Source: a virus
Taxonomy: Duplodnaviria > Caudoviricetes
Virus record (IMG/VR): IMGVR_UViG_3300048576_000452
Span: 1-39,004 of that record
DNA length: 39,004 nt
Reading direction: 5' to 3' (one strand)
Shown here: positions 35,368-39,004 of the stretch, piece by piece
How positions within the stretch are numbered: the first letter of the stretch is position 1
Layout: each line of letters begins with the position of its first letter
Notes under the pieces: generated by a model
Databases searched by the model: none
Seen by the model: only the letters and a program-made list of their open reading frames with translations
What the model was told of the DNA's origin: nothing
Program-made: the position numbers and the translations under genes

Positions 35368-35961
35368 ATGAAAAAAGTATTATTAATTTTACTGTCGGTT
35401 CTTTTCATATTGTCTTTTGCCGGATGTTCCGGCGTATCACAGGAAGCTTTTGAACAGTTGAAGAGCGAAAATTCTCAATTACAGCAGGAGCTTGATAACC
35501 TTAAAGGCCAGTCAGATGACAGCGAAGTAGCAGAAGAGCCGGAAGAAATAGATTCTGCTGAACCCGCGGATAGCCCAGCGCCTGCAGCTTCACTATCTTC
35601 ATCCGGAACTATAGATGAGTATAAAGTAAAAATTCTCAATTGTGAAGTAATAAAAAACTATGAAAAGAAGCCAGCCGTTAGAATATATTTTGAGTTTACA
35701 AACAATAGCAGCAAGACAGATAAATTTATGATGTGTATAACGACAATTTGTTTTCAAAATGGCGTGCAGCTTGATACAAGCTCTGCAGACAAAGATGCGC
35801 CCGAAGATAATAACGCATATAAAGATATTAAGCCAGGCACGACAATAAAATGTGCGGACGTATTTTTAATACAGGACAATTCACCGATAGAAGTTTATGC
35901 AGGGGAATTTGCTGCAGACACCGACGAATGTACGGTGAAAAAATCATTTACCCTCAAATAA
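35368..35961 (+). CDS. Lipoprotein (DUF5067/DUF4352-like Ig domain), candidate superinfection exclusion
   Basis: Lipobox FAGC; FEFTNNS..FQNGVQL..DIKPGTTI. Confidence 0.75.
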   Translation: MKKVLLILLSVLFILSFAGCSGVSQEAFEQLKSENSQLQQELDNLKGQSDDSEVAEEPEEIDSAEPADSPAPAASLSSSGTIDEYKVKILNCEVIKNYEKKPAVRIYFEFTNNSSKTDKFMMCITTICFQNGVQLDTSSADKDAPEDNNAYKDIKPGTTIKCADVFLIQDNSPIEVYAGEFAADTDECTVKKSFTLK

Positions 35962-35973
35962 GGAGCCTGAACC

Positions 35974-37056
35974 ATGGCGAAGAAGAAAAAGCGGCAAGAC
36001 GGCCTTGTGGAAATAAAGATTACAGTAGGAAAACGGATGAGCGGAACTCTGATCCGCAAGTCTTTCTATGGCCATACCGCAAAAGAGGCCAGCGATAAGG
36101 CCAACGAGTACATGAAAAAAAGCCAGTATCAGACAATCGATGAGCGGATCACATTGGAAGATTGGGCGGATAAGTGGCTTGAGACATATAAATCCGGCGT
36201 TAGAGACTATACCTATGAATACACGTATAAAAACGCCATCGAAAAGCATATTAAACCATACTTTAAAGACGCGCGGCTTGCGGCGATCCGGCCCGTGGAC
36301 ATCCAGGAGTTTTTCAATACAAAGGCAAAAATGAGCCAGTCTGCCATACACAAGCTTAAAATAACCCTCAGATCCATATTCGATACCGCAATTGAGAATG
36401 ATCTGATATACAAAAATCCCGTGCCTAAAAAAGAAATCGAAAGCAAGGCAACGCCTGGTGTAAAGAGAGCGTATACCAAAGAGGAGGTTGCCGCTATAAC
36501 TGCGTTTGCAAAAACGCATCCTGCAGGCGCTCCAATCATCGCTATGCTCAAGGCTGGGTTGCGTCGTTCGGAAGTGCTGGCCCTGCGCTGGCAGGATGTT
36601 GATTTTAAAAACAAAACGCTTTCGGTGAATGTGTCCGTGTCGTGCGCAAAAGGCGTTGTAAAAGTAGATAAACCGAAGTCAAAGGCAAGCATGGCAACTA
36701 TACCTATTGACGCAGAATTAGCCGCCGTTCTGCAAGCCGTACCGCATAAAATAGGCTGCGAATATATTTTCCCTTCTGAAAGCGGCAAAGTGCAGATCCC
36801 CGATACTTGGGAAAAAAAATATTATAATACTTTTATGGCTGATTACTTAGCCAACAATGAAGGTGCCCGGAGGCTCACCCCCCATGAGCTCCGACACACC
36901 TTCGGTAGCCTGGTATATGAGGCCACGAAGGATATTTATATAACTTCAAAACTTATGCGCCATTCTGATGTGAAAATCACTGCGAATATTTATGTGCATG
37001 AGAAGATGGACACGAAGCGGAAGGCGCTAGGAAAAGTCTTAAAAATGAATAAATAA
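35974..37056 (+). CDS. int: Tyrosine integrase of the prophage
   Basis: GLRRSEVLAL, HELRHTF, MRHSD, IYVH catalytic motifs. Confidence 0.93.
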   Translation: MAKKKKRQDGLVEIKITVGKRMSGTLIRKSFYGHTAKEASDKANEYMKKSQYQTIDERITLEDWADKWLETYKSGVRDYTYEYTYKNAIEKHIKPYFKDARLAAIRPVDIQEFFNTKAKMSQSAIHKLKITLRSIFDTAIENDLIYKNPVPKKEIESKATPGVKRAYTKEEVAAITAFAKTHPAGAPIIAMLKAGLRRSEVLALRWQDVDFKNKTLSVNVSVSCAKGVVKVDKPKSKASMATIPIDAELAAVLQAVPHKIGCEYIFPSESGKVQIPDTWEKKYYNTFMADYLANNEGARRLTPHELRHTFGSLVYEATKDIYITSKLMRHSDVKITANIYVHEKMDTKRKALGKVLKMNK

Positions 37057-37069
37057 AGGGGTATTTATT

Positions 37070-37339
37070 ATGATCAAATCAAATTGTCCGGTATGCGACG
37101 AGCTTGCATATACTCATAGATTTTCTACTGAGGCTACGATGGAAGTTAATTGTAGTGAATGCGGAAATTTCAAAATTTCTTCAAAAGCTGTGGATCATAC
37201 AATTAAAGCCTTAACAGATCAAAAAAGAAATGAATTTATTGCCTATGTAAGGAGTAAAATAAAAAATAATAATAATTCTGAAATAATAACAATTACTTCT
37301 GATGATATTAATCTATTTGTTAATTCTACAGTTTTATAA
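37070..37339 (+). CDS. Small zinc-ribbon protein (CPVC..CSECG)
   Basis: AAGGGGG RBS; AT-rich; between int and att. Confidence 0.65.
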   Translation: MIKSNCPVCDELAYTHRFSTEATMEVNCSECGNFKISSKAVDHTIKALTDQKRNEFIAYVRSKIKNNNNSEIITITSDDINLFVNSTVL

Positions 37340-37341
37340 TA

Positions 37342-37361
37342 GTGTCGTAAATGTGTCGTAA
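37342..37361. repeat. GTGTCGTAA direct repeat x2, putative arm-type sites of the prophage integrase
   Basis: Copies at 37342 and 37353, just left of the att core. Confidence 0.55.
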
Positions 37362-37396
37362 TGATTGAATTTATCCAATAAAATAGGTGTAATTCT

Positions 37397-37446
37397 CCTG
37401 ACTGGCAGTCAGGAGATCAGGAGTTCGAATCTCCTTAGCTCCACCA
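37397..37446 (+). pseudogene. 3' half of tRNA-Ala(GGC), interpreted as the attachment-site core
   Basis: CCTGA-CTGGCAG-TCAGG anticodon arm, GGAGTTCGAATCTCC T-arm, TAGCTCCACCA end; no 5' acceptor strand or D-arm. Confidence 0.85.
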
Positions 37447-37450
37447 AACA

Positions 37451-37486
37451 AAAAAGCCCTTGAAATCTTCATTTTCAGGGGTTTTT
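37451..37486 (+). terminator. Intrinsic terminator after the tRNA 3' end (possibly bidirectional)
   Basis: AAAAAGCCCTTGAAA-TCTTCAT-TTTCAGGGGTTTTT. Confidence 0.7.
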
Positions 37487-37545
37487 GCATTCTTTAAATT
37501 GGCTTATTCGAATGTATTTTCTCAACCATGCCACTGTTTATGCCA

Positions 37546-38772
37546 CTATTTTGAATTTGGGAACAATTGAATCGACCGCAATGCTTCTTCTTTAGTTCTG
37601 TTCAGCGTCGGGCCGAACTTTTTATCCATAACATCGGCAATCTCTCTTTCTGCTTCCTTTACTCCATGAATATAGATTTTTATTGTTGTTGAAACATTGC
37701 TGTGACCTAAGGTTTTGCTTATGCTCGCAATGTCTACGTTTGACTTCAATAAGAGAGATGCAAAGGTATGCCTGAGCCCATGATATGTTATGTGATTTAA
37801 TCCATGTCTTTTTATGAACCGTCGAAACCAGCATGATAGACTATCGGGATATATCATTTTACCGTTTTCTTCGTTTATGAAAACAAAGTCGTTCATTTCC
37901 CACTGCGGCCCCATTAACAACCTTGTTTTTCTCTGTTCGGTTTTATACAGCTTTAAAGGCTCGATCAGGAATTCGGGAATATCTATTGTTCTTTCGGAAT
38001 CCTCCGTTTTCGGAGGCTTTAAATATACTCCGAATTCTTTCCCAGCATACCGCGCTGCTTCCTTCACATATAACTTTCTTTCTTGCAGGTCTATGTTTGC
38101 CCATCTTAATGCAACGACCTCCTCACGACGAAGCCCGCAAAACGAAGGCAAATATACATAAAGCCTTTTTTGCATGGGGTATTTCTCTAAAACATCAAAC
38201 ATTTTTAGAGCCATATCGGTGTTATACACACTGATCTTGGTTTTAGGAACCTTGAAAGGCGTAACTTTTTCACAGGGATTTCTGTCTATCCATTCCCATT
38301 TTACTGCCAGTTGCAAAATCGCTTTCAGGATTTTAAGCAGTGTGTTTGCATATGCCTTACTTTTTCCCTTTATTGTTACAGTCCACTTCATAAAATCATC
38401 GATGTCTTTTACACCAATATTGTTTAATTTCCGATTGCCGAAATACTCCCGTATAATCGGTGTATTTTCACGATACCAGTTTAAAGTACCCTTTTCCAGT
38501 TGTGGCTTTGCATAATCATCCTCCCATCGTGCAAAAAATGCATCGAAAGATATATTCCCGCCGCGGCCGATCTCCTTCTCAAGTTCGGTAATATATCGCC
38601 GCATTGATATTTGGGCTTTGCTGTACTGTTCTTTTTCCGTTCTGCCTTCGACATAAACGATTTTGCTTCTCTCGATCTTCCTGCGATCTGGTGTGTATCC
38701 CATCGATACACGAAGGCGAAATTTCCCATCTGCCATTTTGTTAATGCTTCCTTTTCCTTTAATTGTTTTCAT
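37546..38772 (-). CDS. int: Tyrosine integrase with N-terminal arm-binding domain
   Basis: KGSINKMADGKFRLRVSMGY; GLRREEVVAL, HGLRHTF, LGHS, IYIH. Confidence 0.93.
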   Translation of the reverse strand: MKTIKGKGSINKMADGKFRLRVSMGYTPDRRKIERSKIVYVEGRTEKEQYSKAQISMRRYITELEKEIGRGGNISFDAFFARWEDDYAKPQLEKGTLNWYRENTPIIREYFGNRKLNNIGVKDIDDFMKWTVTIKGKSKAYANTLLKILKAILQLAVKWEWIDRNPCEKVTPFKVPKTKISVYNTDMALKMFDVLEKYPMQKRLYVYLPSFCGLRREEVVALRWANIDLQERKLYVKEAARYAGKEFGVYLKPPKTEDSERTIDIPEFLIEPLKLYKTEQRKTRLLMGPQWEMNDFVFINEENGKMIYPDSLSCWFRRFIKRHGLNHITYHGLRHTFASLLLKSNVDIASISKTLGHSNVSTTIKIYIHGVKEAEREIADVMDKKFGPTLNRTKEEALRSIQLFPNSK

Positions 38773-38827
38773 TTCAATCCTCCTTATAAAATTTTGGCCT
38801 GTCGTTTTCAGACAGGCCTAATGAGCA

Positions 38828-39004
38828 TTACGATACGTTTTTACCGCGCCCGCTGGATTTCAACCATTGGGTCAATTCTTCAGGAATATACATATATTTG
38901 CCACCAATTAACCTGTAAGGAACTTCCTCTTTTTTTGTTAACTGGCGAAGTGTATATTCTGATATTCCCAGCCAATTTGCGGTATCTTTAAGTTTTAACA
39001 TCAT
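38828..39004 (-). CDS. xis: HTH_17-type excisionase (58 aa, MMLKLKDTANWLGISEYTLRQL...)
   Basis: Manual translation: LGISEYTLRQLTKKEEVPYRLIGGKYMY..LTQWL; directly upstream of int; may extend past the window edge. Confidence 0.8.
   Translation of the reverse strand: MMLKLKDTANWLGISEYTLRQLTKKEEVPYRLIGGKYMYIPEELTQWLKSSGRGKNVS

Larger units (their letters stand above)
1..37446. mobile_element. Temperate siphovirus-like prophage (HK97-type head, long non-contractile tail); left att lies outside the window
   Basis: Canonical module order lysis-tail-head-packaging-replication-cro/cI-integrase, ending in a tRNA 3' fragment. Confidence 0.95.
37447..39004. mobile_element. Left end of a second integrative element (xis-int)
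   Basis: Second integrase and excisionase pointing at the tRNA end; own arm-like repeat ATGCCACT x2 (37528, 37540). Confidence 0.7.

Noticed and set aside
35944-36788. Two 191-aa minus-strand ORFs
   Set aside because: Antisense shadows of the integrase
37370-37446. Intact tRNA-Ala gene
   Set aside because: The 5' acceptor strand and D-arm are absent, so it is only an att fragment

Overview
The window holds an essentially complete temperate siphovirus-type prophage (about 1-37446), probably from a Clostridia-like Bacillota host (host inferred from protein families and sigmaA-type promoters). From left to right the minus strand carries lysis genes, tail genes, an HK97-type head and packaging module, a late activator, and a replication/recombination module. 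It continues with PcfJ/PcfK genes, early genes and cro. The plus strand carries the lysogeny module: cI, an AT-rich two-gene cargo, ImmA, a lipoprotein and an integrase. The prophage ends in the 3' half of a tRNA-Ala(GGC), interpreted as the att core. Beyond it, a convergent xis-int pair belongs to a second integrative element. The most notable signals are: (1) two tandem tRNA-like three-way-junction RNAs in the early operon, one with alanine identity elements and CCA; (2) a palindrome shared between the inside of the DUF3102 gene and the region upstream of the late activator gene; (3) a convergent, operator-bearing promoter and possible Sm-like gene inside the lytic leader; (4) a DUF6978 + DUF1828/DUF1829-like pair as a candidate lysogen defence system; (5) a -1 frameshift in the tail chaperone. 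All family names come from recognising motifs by eye; no database searches were run.
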